From: Sulfolobales archaeon
GTDB lineage: Archaea; Thermoproteota; Thermoprotei_A; Sulfolobales; NBVN01
Reading direction: 5' to 3'
DNA length: 64,000 nt
Assembly: GCA_038841535.1 (NCBI GenBank)
Contig: JAWBTQ010000002.1
Span: forward strand, 64,001-128,000
This document shows, one piece after another, positions 18,768-28,753 of the stretch; position 1 is the first letter of the stretch; each line of letters begins with the position of its first letter. Below the pieces are notes generated by a model, which saw nothing but the letters and a program-made list of their open reading frames with translations, had not been told where the DNA came from and made no database searches. Made by a program: the position numbers and the translations under genes.

Positions 18768-20543
18768 TTGGATGAAGAATTGGCGAGTTTGAGTGGTAGG
18801 AGAGTGTATACAGCCCTGTGGTTGTGGCACTATATGTCTAAGAAGGCTTCGCTATTTCTACTACTTATTTCTCTAGTTTTAATTTCTGGATACGCTGGAA
18901 GCCTGCCACCAGTCTTTGTCAGATATGCTATAGACAGAGGTGCCGCATCTGGGTCTTTAAGCGACGTTATTACTTACGCAGCTCTACTTGTCGCGGCAAC
19001 AGCCGCTGGAGGATTCATTAACTTCTTAGTTAGGTACGCCTCAGCTAGGTATGCTCAAGAAATAACTCACACGATTAGATTAGAGGCGTTTGAGTCTGTT
19101 TTACGAAAGTACCTCGGATTCTTTGATAGAGCCTCTGTTGGACAGCTAATCTCTAGGATAACTAATGACAGTGAAAGAGTAGCTAACTTTTTATCAGATA
19201 GGCTTAGGATGATCATTTACGCTACAAGCCTTCTCGCATTCTCGGCGTACAATATGTTCAGCTTACACCTAATTCTTACCGCTGTCGCAGTATCTTCGAT
19301 GGTTTTAGTAGTGATCGTTTACGCGCGCTACTCTATGGTCATAAGACCTCTCTATGACTCGATAAGACAGCAGCTAGGTGTGATTGCCTCGGTGGCAACC
19401 AACAATTTAGTCGGTATAAAGACTGTAAAAGGGCTTAACATAGTTGATAGCGAGCTGGAAAGATTTGATGAAGAGAATATCAAGTTTGCCGAACTCAACA
19501 TAAAGGCCGCAAAGGTTAGAGCGATATACGGTAACTCAACTATCCTTATATTCGGTATCGCCACTGCCCTAGTGATACTCTACGGTGCGTATGCTATTGA
19601 GGGAGGAGTGCTCACGGTAGGAGGGCTCGCCATGTTTTTGACCTACATAGCTACACTATCAAGACCACTAAATATGTTGGGCTTCTCGATTACTGATATC
19701 CAGAGAGCTTTCGCATCTGCTAGAAGGCTTTTCGAGCTCATAGAGTCTGAAGACGTGGTCCAAGAGAGACCTGACGCGTTGACCCTAAACAAGGTAGAGG
19801 GCTCTCTAGAGTTCGTTAATGCGTCGTTTACGTACCCCTCAGGTAAAAAAGCCCTCAAGAACGTCAACCTGAGAGTAAGACCTGGAGAAGTGCTTCTCGT
19901 ACTAGGACCCCCGGGCTCCGGAAAGTCAACCTTAATGAAGCTGGTTATGAGGTTCTACGACCCAGATGAGGGTGCTATACTGCTAGACGGCGTTGACGTA
20001 AGGAACCTAAAGCTCTCCACAATAAGAAATAATGTTGGGTACGTTCCGCAGGAGCCATTCATATTTAACGGCACAATATATGATAACGTCGTATTAGGGA
20101 ACCCTAGTGCGACATTCGAAGATGTAGTTAGAGCGACAGAAGTCGCTAAGATACGTAAATTCATAGAGAGCCTTCCCAGAGGGTTTAACATGATCGTTGG
20201 TGAGAGAGGTATAGACCTATCCGGTGGTCAGAGGCAGAGAATAGCTATAGCGAGAGCTCTAGTGAGAAACCCAAAGATTCTCCTACTAGACGACCCAGTT
20301 GCCAACCTCGATGCCGAGACAGAGAAAGCTCTTGTCGAGGACCTTAAGGAAATCCTGAAGAATAGGACGGCTATAATAGTTACTCAAAGGCTTTCTCTAG
20401 TACCTCTCGCAGATAGGATCGTAGTTATGAATGACGGGGAGATAGTGGAGGAGGGAACGCACGAGGAGCTTATGAGGAAAAGAGGGATGTACTACAGGAT
20501 GTACATATCTATGATGGGTGAAAGCAATGAGTCAGCAAACTAG
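18768..20543 (+). CDS. ABC exporter half-transporter, degenerate-site subunit of a heterodimer
   Basis: TMD+NBD; GPPGSGKS, LSGGQ, Walker B LLLDD (E to D), switch Q in place of H. Confidence 0.9.
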   Translation: MDEELASLSGRRVYTALWLWHYMSKKASLFLLLISLVLISGYAGSLPPVFVRYAIDRGAASGSLSDVITYAALLVAATAAGGFINFLVRYASARYAQEITHTIRLEAFESVLRKYLGFFDRASVGQLISRITNDSERVANFLSDRLRMIIYATSLLAFSAYNMFSLHLILTAVAVSSMVLVVIVYARYSMVIRPLYDSIRQQLGVIASVATNNLVGIKTVKGLNIVDSELERFDEENIKFAELNIKAAKVRAIYGNSTILIFGIATALVILYGAYAIEGGVLTVGGLAMFLTYIATLSRPLNMLGFSITDIQRAFASARRLFELIESEDVVQERPDALTLNKVEGSLEFVNASFTYPSGKKALKNVNLRVRPGEVLLVLGPPGSGKSTLMKLVMRFYDPDEGAILLDGVDVRNLKLSTIRNNVGYVPQEPFIFNGTIYDNVVLGNPSATFEDVVRATEVAKIRKFIESLPRGFNMIVGERGIDLSGGQRQRIAIARALVRNPKILLLDDPVANLDAETEKALVEDLKEILKNRTAIIVTQRLSLVPLADRIVVMNDGEIVEEGTHEELMRKRGMYYRMYISMMGESNESAN

Positions 20544-22290
20544 TGAACTTAAGTCAAGGACGGTATCAATACGTGAAATAGTCGAGCTGGTTCTAGCAAG
20601 CAAGAGAGATGTAGTAGTTGTTGCTATAGCGATAGTATCAAGCAGTATAGCTCTACTCGTTTCTCCTTACCTACTGGGTCTTGTAATCGATGAGAGTATA
20701 GCGAAGGGAAGGCTAGACTTACTCCCGCAGCTAGTGTCCCTCCTAGTTGTTACAGTGCTTGTGCAGTGGGCTGCTATGGTAGTTAGAACGATTAAAATCG
20801 AAACTATAGGTCAGAGGGTTCTTAGAGACCTTCGCCGATCTCTATTTAGAAAATATATTGGGGCAACACTGGACTTTCACAAAGAAAACCAATTAGGGGA
20901 CTTAGTGTCTAGAGTGGTCAATGATACGTCAGTAGTTAACGAAGCGATCGTCACTGGATTACTGAACGTCCTAGGGGATATAGTGTCGATGACGGGCTCT
21001 TTAGTGGTCATGGTATACTTAAGTCCTCAGCTAACTCTCGTATCTTTAACAACGGTTCCCTTAATGGTGTTTATAGCTAAGAGGCTCGGAGTTAGATTAA
21101 GGAGAACCTGGCGAGAAGTAAGAGAAAGAGTATCTAAGATGACTACAGTAGTTGAAGAAAACATTTCCGGTATCGAGGTAATAAAGTCTTTTGGACTGGA
21201 AGAGAGTGCTCTCACGAGGTTTGATAGAGTTTCCCGAGAAGTTTACAGGTTTTCGATTAGGGCTTCAGTATTGGCGGGACTGTTCTTCCCACTCATGAAC
21301 GTCTCGTCATCTCTCTCACTAGCTATAGTTATAGCGTATGGAGGTTACTTGTGCCTGACTGGCATGCTCACTGTTGGGCTACTAGTGGCCTTTACGCAGT
21401 ACGTAAGTAGGCTGATGGCTCCAATTAATGAGCTCGTATTCGTTTATGATGCCCTTCAGTCAGCTCTCGCTTCTCTAGACCGAATATTTGAGGTTCTTAG
21501 AACTGAGAAGGTGGAAGTTGATGAAGGGCTAGAGCTTGAGAATGTGAGAGGTGATGTAATGTTTGACCACGTATGGTTCGAGTACGAGCCGGGTGTCCCG
21601 GTACTAAAGGATGTGACATTCAACATTAAGCCTGGCGAGATCGTTGCTGTAGTAGGGCACACGGGTGCTGGTAAGACGACTATGGCTAACCTCTTGGTGA
21701 AGTTCTACGAACCGTCTGGGGGTAAAATAAAGATTGATGGAATCGACATCAAGAAGGTCAAGCGGAGTAGTCTCAGGAAGTTTGTCAGCTACATACCTCA
21801 AGAGACCTATCTATTTACGGGTACAGTTATAGAGAACATCAAGGTTGTAAAGCCTAGCGCAACTGACGAGGAGGTCGTGGAAGTCTGTGAGAAGCTAGGT
21901 ATACATAAATTTATCGAGAGACTTCCCAACGGGTACTACACCGATGTCGGTGAAATAGGTAAGAGGCTGTCCCTAGGGGAGAAGCAGCTAATAGCTATAG
22001 CTAGGGCTATGCTGAAAGACTCCAAGATCGTGATATTCGATGAGGCTCTCTCAAGCGTTGACGCTGAAACTGAGAACATCATCAAGAGCGCACTCCGCGA
22101 GTTGCTTAGAGGTAGGACGGGAATTGTGATAGCTCATAGGTTGTCTATAGCTAGAGACTGTGATAGAATACTAGTTCTATCCGACGGTCGGGTAGTCGAG
22201 TATGGTACATTCGAGGAGCTAATGGGGAAGCACGGGATGTTTTATGATATGTATAGGTCTCAGATCGAAGAAAGCGCGAGTATTCAATGA
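20518..22290 (+). CDS. ABC exporter half-transporter, consensus-site partner
   Basis: GHTGAGKT, degenerate signature LSLGE, FDEA, IAHR; TM287/288-type pairing. Confidence 0.9.
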   Translation: MKAMSQQTSELKSRTVSIREIVELVLASKRDVVVVAIAIVSSSIALLVSPYLLGLVIDESIAKGRLDLLPQLVSLLVVTVLVQWAAMVVRTIKIETIGQRVLRDLRRSLFRKYIGATLDFHKENQLGDLVSRVVNDTSVVNEAIVTGLLNVLGDIVSMTGSLVVMVYLSPQLTLVSLTTVPLMVFIAKRLGVRLRRTWREVRERVSKMTTVVEENISGIEVIKSFGLEESALTRFDRVSREVYRFSIRASVLAGLFFPLMNVSSSLSLAIVIAYGGYLCLTGMLTVGLLVAFTQYVSRLMAPINELVFVYDALQSALASLDRIFEVLRTEKVEVDEGLELENVRGDVMFDHVWFEYEPGVPVLKDVTFNIKPGEIVAVVGHTGAGKTTMANLLVKFYEPSGGKIKIDGIDIKKVKRSSLRKFVSYIPQETYLFTGTVIENIKVVKPSATDEEVVEVCEKLGIHKFIERLPNGYYTDVGEIGKRLSLGEKQLIAIARAMLKDSKIVIFDEALSSVDAETENIIKSALRELLRGRTGIVIAHRLSIARDCDRILVLSDGRVVEYGTFEELMGKHGMFYDMYRSQIEESASIQ

Positions 22291-22337
22291 CTGCTCTTAA
22301 TCCCACTTATTGCCAAGCTAATAGTGCTTCACTATAT

Positions 22338-23756
22338 TTACGTAAGGGATAGCTTTAGTAGGAAGTCCGATATCTCGTCAAGACACGATCTCAGCTCTTT
22401 CTCGCCTATCGTGTATGGGGACCTAATCCTCCTAGATATAGTAAACTCGACCGAGAGTGGTCCAGCAGTATCCTTCGGGTTGATCGTTACTATTATGTCT
22501 GCTATAGAACTCATAACGCTTGAGAACTCGCTCGTTCCTGTCTCAATAACTATCCCAATAAGCTTACGGCTCTTTAAATGTAGAAGCAGGTTGATCAGTA
22601 TATCTTTGTACTCCCTCAACCGCAGATCTCCAGGGGTGACGTCACCTATCGGATTCCCCAAGAACAGCATGACCATCGGCTTGTAGTGGTCGGCTAGTAC
22701 TATAGCCTTTTGGTAGAGGTCTTCCGGCAGGTAAGCTGCTGGATTGTAGGCCTCTATTTTAATAAACTCACCAAGCACGCTCTCAAGCTTCGAAGGCTTG
22801 ATCTCGATCCTAAACATATCTTTCATCATTTCTGAGAGCTGATACCAAATGTATGCTGGCGAGCTCTCGTAGCTTACGATCAAGAGTTTCCCCTTATTAT
22901 GAAGCGCACTAAGTAGTGCGTATGCTAGAACGTAGTAGTGAAAGTGAAGTCCTGGACTCTTAACGTAAACCAGCTCACCTCTATATAAGGGACCTATCCT
23001 CCTGTCTATAGTTCTGCACCCCATGGTCTCGAGAGGTCTCTCTAGGGCAGGTGCCGGTATTTCGCTGAGAGCTGGTGGAGTAAATACTTTGAATCCGAAA
23101 CCTTCTGTAATTGTGAATACCACCTTAGCTACAGACACGGGGGCACCCCTTGCCTTACGGACTTCGAGCTCGCGAAGTAAAAGCCGCCTCACTACCGAGT
23201 GTCTAAGGACTATGATTACGTCAGAAACAAACTCTATATCACCTAGCTCTATTCTCTCTTCTGATAGGGGTATTTCCGCTATGAGAACCACTACTCCACT
23301 AATTAATCTAGATAACCCAGTGAAATAGTTCTGAAGGACCGCTCTAGCTTTGATCTCGGAGCCCAGAGACTTTAGGATAGGAGTTACGGAGTCTACGATT
23401 ATTACGTTAGGGCTGAATTCTTCTATACTCTTATTTAGTACTTCAATAATGACGCTGCTTACAGTATTCTCGGATGCTGTGAGAGGGAGATGTAGAAACT
23501 TTAAGTACCCTTTTCTCTCGGCACTCTCTAGGTCAAGCCCTAAGCTCTTCATGTTTTTAAAGAGTTTTTCTCTATCTTCCTGGACTGATGTATACAGGCA
23601 CTTATACCCTTTTAACGCGTTATGGTAACAAATGGTAGACGCCAGAGTGGTCTTACCGGAACCAGGGTGACCAGCAACTACAACCAGGGTCCCACTGCTT
23701 AAAGCACCTCTTAGAAGGGAGTCGAGACCGTCGACACCAAAAGTGTAATTATTCAA
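22338..23756 (-). CDS. KaiC/RAD55-like ATPase with degenerate second RecA domain (likely start TTG 23756)
   Basis: FGVDGLD, GHPGSGKT, IVDS, KARG; second domain lacks Walker A; TATA about 31 nt upstream. Confidence 0.85.
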   Translation of the reverse strand: MNNYTFGVDGLDSLLRGALSSGTLVVVAGHPGSGKTTLASTICYHNALKGYKCLYTSVQEDREKLFKNMKSLGLDLESAERKGYLKFLHLPLTASENTVSSVIIEVLNKSIEEFSPNVIIVDSVTPILKSLGSEIKARAVLQNYFTGLSRLISGVVVLIAEIPLSEERIELGDIEFVSDVIIVLRHSVVRRLLLRELEVRKARGAPVSVAKVVFTITEGFGFKVFTPPALSEIPAPALERPLETMGCRTIDRRIGPLYRGELVYVKSPGLHFHYYVLAYALLSALHNKGKLLIVSYESSPAYIWYQLSEMMKDMFRIEIKPSKLESVLGEFIKIEAYNPAAYLPEDLYQKAIVLADHYKPMVMLFLGNPIGDVTPGDLRLREYKDILINLLLHLKSRKLIGIVIETGTSEFSSVMSSIADIIVTINPKDTAGPLSVEFTISRRIRSPYTIGEKELRSCLDEISDFLLKLSLT

Positions 23757-23810
23757 ACCTTTACCCAAGAATAATATGGGCAAAGGGTATATAAAGCATG
23801 TTTGTATATT

Positions 23811-23841
23811 TTGACCTTTTTCTTGCCTTAAGGACGAGCTA
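23811..23841 (-). mobile_element. Possible decayed IS200/IS605 right-end relic
   Basis: Minus strand TAGCTCGTCCTTAAGGCAAGAAAAAGGTCAA resembles the recalled archaeal tnpB 3' end AAGCCCCGYCCTTTAGGGCGGGGAGGAGGTCA, differing mostly by transitions. Confidence 0.35.
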
Positions 23842-24279
23842 TTAGGCATCGATCTCTCCAATATAGACTGCGACCATCATAACATAACCGATGTATTATC
23901 TGGGCCCAAGCTCTTAGCCTTTCCATGCTACTTCTCCCTACCCCAATTAATATCTCTCCCGATAGTTAAGAGAGCCTGATACAAGCTTGATTAGTTCTTC
24001 CTCTAGATCTAGCTCGTTGCATGCTTCTGGATAGTTCAGAGGAAGCCTAGCTTCTTCAATACTACTCGAGGGCATAAGCTCCTTGGTGAGTACTACGGAC
24101 TCGGCAACTCGTTACGCAACTAGAAAAAATGGGCAGTATTGGACATAGTTACGTTCACAGTCTGGTTTCATTATCATGTCGTTTCCCCAAGCTCTTTAAA
24201 AGCGAATAGAGACCAGCTGAAGATAAGATGCTGAAAACGCTATTTATAGTCACGAGACTCGTTAAGCTAGTCCCACGTT

Positions 24280-25521
24280 TTACATCATGAATGTAGATAT
24301 AAGATCCGCAAAGCTTTCTCTCCTACGTGTAAGCCTTACCACACCATCGTACACCAATACTTCAGCAGGTCTAGGCCTCATGTTATAGTTCATACTCATG
24401 CTGTAGGTATACGCTCCAGCATTCAAAAATGCCAGCACGTCTCCCTCCTCTAATGGGGGTAGATCTCTTGCCCTAGCTATTATGTCTCCAGCCATGCAGA
24501 GATTGCCGACTACGTCGACTTCGACTTTGTGCTGAGTACTCGCCTTAGATACGGCCACCACTTCGTAGTACGTGTCCATCATTACTGACCTAACGAGATG
24601 GTTAATGCTGGTATCTACTATAGCGAACGCTTTTCTCAAGCCACCGAACTCTACGACTTTGATTTCTACTACCCTAGTTAATAAAATACCTGCATTACCG
24701 ACAATGAACCTTCCAGGCTCGACTCTCAGCTTGACCTCGCCAGCCCTCTTAGAGTAACCCTCCACTAGTTCTGAAACCATGCGTCCAAACGCGACGTAGT
24801 CGAACTCAGTTTCTCCAAGCTTGTATGGAACCCCCATCCCACCACCTACGTCAATAAACTCTAGGTCGCGGAGGTTTACTGCAATATCTAAAAGCAGTTT
24901 TATTACTTTGAGGTACGGCTCTACAGCGAAGACTCCGGACCCTATATGTGTGTGAAGACCTACAATCCTAAGTCTATGCTCTTTAGCTATCTCTAAAGCT
25001 TTACTCAATGAATCTAAGTTTATGCCGAACTTGGTGAGACCTCCCGTAGTAGTGAACTCGTGATATCCGCAACCAAAACCAGGGTTTATCCTTATCGATA
25101 CCTCTGTCTCCGGGAACAGCCTGCCGTACTTTCTCAACTGGGATATGGAATCTATATTTACTAGAACACCTAGCTCTCCGCGAACATACTTCATTTCTTC
25201 ATCGGTAACACCACTTCCAGTAAACATGATCTTCTCTTTTTGGAAACCAAGCATGAGGCCCAGCATTACTTCCCACGGTGATGAAGAATCCAGTCCAGCC
25301 CCGAGGTCTCTGAGGGTAGTCAGTATTCCGGGGTTATTGTTTGCTTTGCAAGAATAAAGTACCTCAACGTTTTTATAGGTAAAGCTTTTAGCGATTTTAT
25401 TAAAGTTATCTATAACAACTCCTTTGTCGTATGCGTAAAGGGGGGTCCCGAATTTTTCCGCTAGATCGATAGCTCTCATACCTCCGATGTAGAGATGCGG
25501 GCCTCTTACTTCTATCACCAT
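24280..25521 (-). CDS. Fold-type III PLP decarboxylase, LysA (diaminopimelate decarboxylase)-like
   Basis: YSCKAN (PLP Lys), RINP, HIGS, GGG, EPGR, GNLC, GAY, RPRPAEV. Confidence 0.8.
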   Translation of the reverse strand: MVIEVRGPHLYIGGMRAIDLAEKFGTPLYAYDKGVVIDNFNKIAKSFTYKNVEVLYSCKANNNPGILTTLRDLGAGLDSSSPWEVMLGLMLGFQKEKIMFTGSGVTDEEMKYVRGELGVLVNIDSISQLRKYGRLFPETEVSIRINPGFGCGYHEFTTTGGLTKFGINLDSLSKALEIAKEHRLRIVGLHTHIGSGVFAVEPYLKVIKLLLDIAVNLRDLEFIDVGGGMGVPYKLGETEFDYVAFGRMVSELVEGYSKRAGEVKLRVEPGRFIVGNAGILLTRVVEIKVVEFGGLRKAFAIVDTSINHLVRSVMMDTYYEVVAVSKASTQHKVEVDVVGNLCMAGDIIARARDLPPLEEGDVLAFLNAGAYTYSMSMNYNMRPRPAEVLVYDGVVRLTRRRESFADLISTFMM

Positions 25522-25724
25522 ACCTCATCACTTAGTCTGTAGCAGAAAACCTAATAGGAGTGCTTAATACGTAAACACTCTAACCACACCTTAGAACCTC
25601 TATCCTAGTAATTCGAATAAATCGTTTGCCATATTTTAAGGTAGTCTATAAGATAGAGCCTGCTTGGCGCAGTAGTGTACTGAGCTAATCGAGTTCAGAC
25701 TCACCAGTGAAGGAAAGCAGTTAC

Positions 25725-26633
25725 TCAGCTTTCAACGCACATCAACGCTTTTTTCACAGCCTTAACGGCACTTGAGGCGAAGACGTACATTACCGGTTCA
25801 ATTCCTATACCACCTGTATCAGCTATGGCATCAGGAGCTTTATCTAGAATCTCCATTGCCTTCTCGAGCTCACTAAAAAGCTCTCGCTCAGAAGTGTGGG
25901 GACCAACTTTAACTACACTATACCCCTTAGTGACAAGTCTTTGAATACACTCATTATTGTACTTAATAACTATGACAGACTTTATGCTGGGGAACCTCTT
26001 CATTACGTTTAGCAGTACGCTGGCCGTGTGTCTACTACCTCCTCTAGTTGGATCACCTGCTGCTACAACTTTGTTATACACCCGGACTATCCTACCCGCA
26101 AATCCGACAACATCTCTAAAATCAACTGCTTCTGGTGGGGCTGAGGCAATGTTCATTCCCACCTCTGGGACAAGCTCGTGGCCTCTGGGATGAAGACTTA
26201 AGACCTCATAAGCAGTCTTAACTTCCTCGACGTAGGGATCCGCAATTTCTTCAAAAAGCACGCGGCACACACCGCAATCCAGAGGTATAGTGGGAGTAGT
26301 CTTCCTATGGATACAGCACATGAGACCTCTTTTCAATATCGAGTTAATGTAGTTACCTAATAGCTTTAGATACTCAAGGTAGTTACCATTAACTAGCTTC
26401 TCTACTAAAGCGTCAGTAATTCTGACAACATCATCTACGTCTAGACCTAACTCCCGGAGGTCTTCTAAGAGTTTAGGTATGGGAACGCTTAAATACCTAC
26501 TTACCATAGGTTGTGAAATACCCAACAATCTGGAGATCCTCATCTGACTCAGACCTTTATCGCTCAGTTTATGAGATAAGATCCCCCTAAACACCGGAAT
26601 AACTAGCTCACTAACTAGCTCGTACGGCAGCAA
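25725..26633 (-). CDS. HTH-ThiN fusion, ThiR-like regulator (likely start TTG 26633)
   Basis: N-terminal HTH (LSQ.RISRLLGISQPMVSRYL), CCIH..CGVC, ThiN domain (PEVGMN, GRI, GGSRHTA, DTGGIGIEP); GGGGAG RBS. Confidence 0.8.
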   Translation of the reverse strand: MLPYELVSELVIPVFRGILSHKLSDKGLSQMRISRLLGISQPMVSRYLSVPIPKLLEDLRELGLDVDDVVRITDALVEKLVNGNYLEYLKLLGNYINSILKRGLMCCIHRKTTPTIPLDCGVCRVLFEEIADPYVEEVKTAYEVLSLHPRGHELVPEVGMNIASAPPEAVDFRDVVGFAGRIVRVYNKVVAAGDPTRGGSRHTASVLLNVMKRFPSIKSVIVIKYNNECIQRLVTKGYSVVKVGPHTSERELFSELEKAMEILDKAPDAIADTGGIGIEPVMYVFASSAVKAVKKALMCVES

Positions 26634-26841
26634 ACTCCCCCCGAAAACCGCTTCTACACCGAAAGAAAAAAAGACAAAGAGATCGACCAAAACACTTTGT
26701 CCGTATCTTCAATAGCACAGTAAGACAGCATTATTTAGCCTGATGTGGTTACAGTGCCAGTTTCTTTGAGTTAGGTGGCTTCCTAGGCAACTTTGCGTAA
26801 GGCTTTGTTATATAGCAGTACTTCTTTTTCCCTAGCTACTA

Positions 26842-28506
26842 GTGGTAGTGGGTGTTGGCGTGAGGGAGTTGCGTAAGGTGGTCGATCCCTATGAAGCACT
26901 AAGTACTATTAAGGACGGTTCTATCGTAGCGATTTCCGGGTTCAACATGATCGCTACTCCGGCTTACCTACTGCTTAAGCTATATGAGCTATACGAGCAG
27001 ACAGGGCACCCAAGGAACCTCTTCATTATAGCTGAAACCTGTCCTGGCACTCCGGGTAGAGGACTCGACGCTATAGGGAGAAAGATGATCGAAAACATGG
27101 ATTATGCCTTTTTACGTGGAGTTTTAATTCCGTACTATGGATGGGTTCCAAGCATCTCAAAGCTAGTTGAGGAAAACTTAATTGAAGGATATAACTGGCC
27201 GATCGGTGTAGTTTCCCACTGGTTCAGAGAAGTAGCTGCCGGGAGACCTGGTCTAATCACTAAGGTCGGGCTTAACACTATGTTTGACCCAAGATTAGAG
27301 GGAGGGTTTCTCAACGAGCTCGCAGCTAAGAAGCGCACATGTAGGGTTGACGTAGTCACGATAGCAGATGAGGAGATGCTACTATACTCTTGCCCGAAGC
27401 CTACAGTAGCTCTAATTCGTGCTACAACAGCTGATGAAGAAGGAAACCTATCGATGGAACACGAGAGTGCTGTTCTTAACGTATTAAGTATAGCCCAAGC
27501 AGCAAGGTCTTCACCAGATAGAGGGATCGTTATTGCTCAAGTGAAGAGGCTTGCTAAGTTGAGGTCCATAAAACCTAGAGAGGTCCACGTTCCTGGGCCT
27601 TTAGTAAACTACGTAGTCACATCTCCAGAGCTCTTGGAGTACCACGGGCAGACGTACTCAGTTTTGTACGACCCAGCACTCTCTGGGGAACTTATGCCCC
27701 CAGAGGAAGCAACGAGAGCTTCCATGCTCCCACTGAGCGTCAGAAAGATTATCGCTAGAAGGGTTGCCATTGAGCTGGTAACACTCGTAATAGAGGTAGG
27801 TAGACCTATCCTTGTAAACCTAGGGATAGGGATTCCTGCCGAAGTAGCGTCGGTCCTTGCCGAGGAAGGTATTGGAGACTTCGTCTTTACAACAGTCGAA
27901 TCGGGCCCGTTCGGCGGCATAGCATTAACAGGACCGGACTTTGGAGCGTCAAGAGGGTTCTTTGCTTTAGTACCTATGGCGGACATGTTCTCTCTATACG
28001 AAGGAGGGATAATCGATGCAGCCTCCTTAGGGTTCTTACAGGTAGATCCTCAAGGAAACGTGAACCCGGCTTTCCTCCCAGGTAGAATGCCGGGAGCTGG
28101 CGGATTTCCAGTCATAGCCTTTGGAGCACCAAACCTATTATTTGCTGGAGAGTTTACTGCGGGTAGCAGGCAAGTGAAAACCTCGAGCGGTGGTCTCGAG
28201 ATAATCGATGATGGTGACGTAATTAAGTTTGTAAAGAGAGTGTACAAAGTAGTCTACAGCGGTTCTCATGGAGTACTTAGAGGGCAGAACGTGCTATATA
28301 TAACCGAGAGAGCCGTCTTTAGGCTTACCGAGGGCGGTCTAGAGCTAGTTGAAGTAGCACCAGGGATAGATATAGATAAGCACATTCTCTCTAAAATGGA
28401 GTTCAAACCTAAAATCAGCAGGAACGTTAGGGAGATGAATAAGGAGTTATTCTATGAAAAGCCTATCGGACTTCGAAATATAATCCTTTCGTTACTAAAG
28501 AGGTAG
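26842..28506 (+). CDS. Acyl-CoA:acetate/propionate CoA-transferase (YdiF/Pct fused family I)
   Basis: GRPGLITKVGL.T..DPR, NLGIGIP, catalytic TVESG, GNVN, YITERAVF, EVAPG. Confidence 0.9.
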   Translation: MVVGVGVRELRKVVDPYEALSTIKDGSIVAISGFNMIATPAYLLLKLYELYEQTGHPRNLFIIAETCPGTPGRGLDAIGRKMIENMDYAFLRGVLIPYYGWVPSISKLVEENLIEGYNWPIGVVSHWFREVAAGRPGLITKVGLNTMFDPRLEGGFLNELAAKKRTCRVDVVTIADEEMLLYSCPKPTVALIRATTADEEGNLSMEHESAVLNVLSIAQAARSSPDRGIVIAQVKRLAKLRSIKPREVHVPGPLVNYVVTSPELLEYHGQTYSVLYDPALSGELMPPEEATRASMLPLSVRKIIARRVAIELVTLVIEVGRPILVNLGIGIPAEVASVLAEEGIGDFVFTTVESGPFGGIALTGPDFGASRGFFALVPMADMFSLYEGGIIDAASLGFLQVDPQGNVNPAFLPGRMPGAGGFPVIAFGAPNLLFAGEFTAGSRQVKTSSGGLEIIDDGDVIKFVKRVYKVVYSGSHGVLRGQNVLYITERAVFRLTEGGLELVEVAPGIDIDKHILSKMEFKPKISRNVREMNKELFYEKPIGLRNIILSLLKR

Positions 28507-28513
28507 AAGCGAC

Positions 28514-28753
28514 CTAACCCCCCATAACGAGAGGCAAGAGTAGGACACGTGCTCCCGCTTGAACGCATTCCTCCATAGAGAGGATTCTGCCTTCCGCCGC
28601 TATTACGTAGTGGTCACGCGGGATTCCAGTTTCTTCAAGGACCTTAAGGAGGTCGCGGACGCTAATTAACGGAGAGTTCGTCTTCACCTTAAGCAACCTT
28701 CCATCAGGGTATACTAACACCTCTAGTTCGTAACTATCCTCTCCGTTAGTCAT
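28514..28753 (-). CDS. MoaD/ThiS/SAMP ubiquitin-like sulfur carrier
   Basis: 79 aa, ends LLPLVMGG, coupled to the AOR stop codon. Confidence 0.75.
   Translation of the reverse strand: MTNGEDSYELEVLVYPDGRLLKVKTNSPLISVRDLLKVLEETGIPRDHYVIAAEGRILSMEECVQAGARVLLLPLVMGG

Noticed and set aside
18768-22290. Degenerate Walker B/switch/signature motifs in the ABC pair
   Set aside because: This is the expected asymmetric pattern of known heterodimeric exporters, so it is not novel.
23862-24279. Short coding-like stretches upstream of the KaiC-like gene (similar at 37690-38080)
   Set aside because: Interrupted by stops with no recognisable family; cannot be supported as genes.
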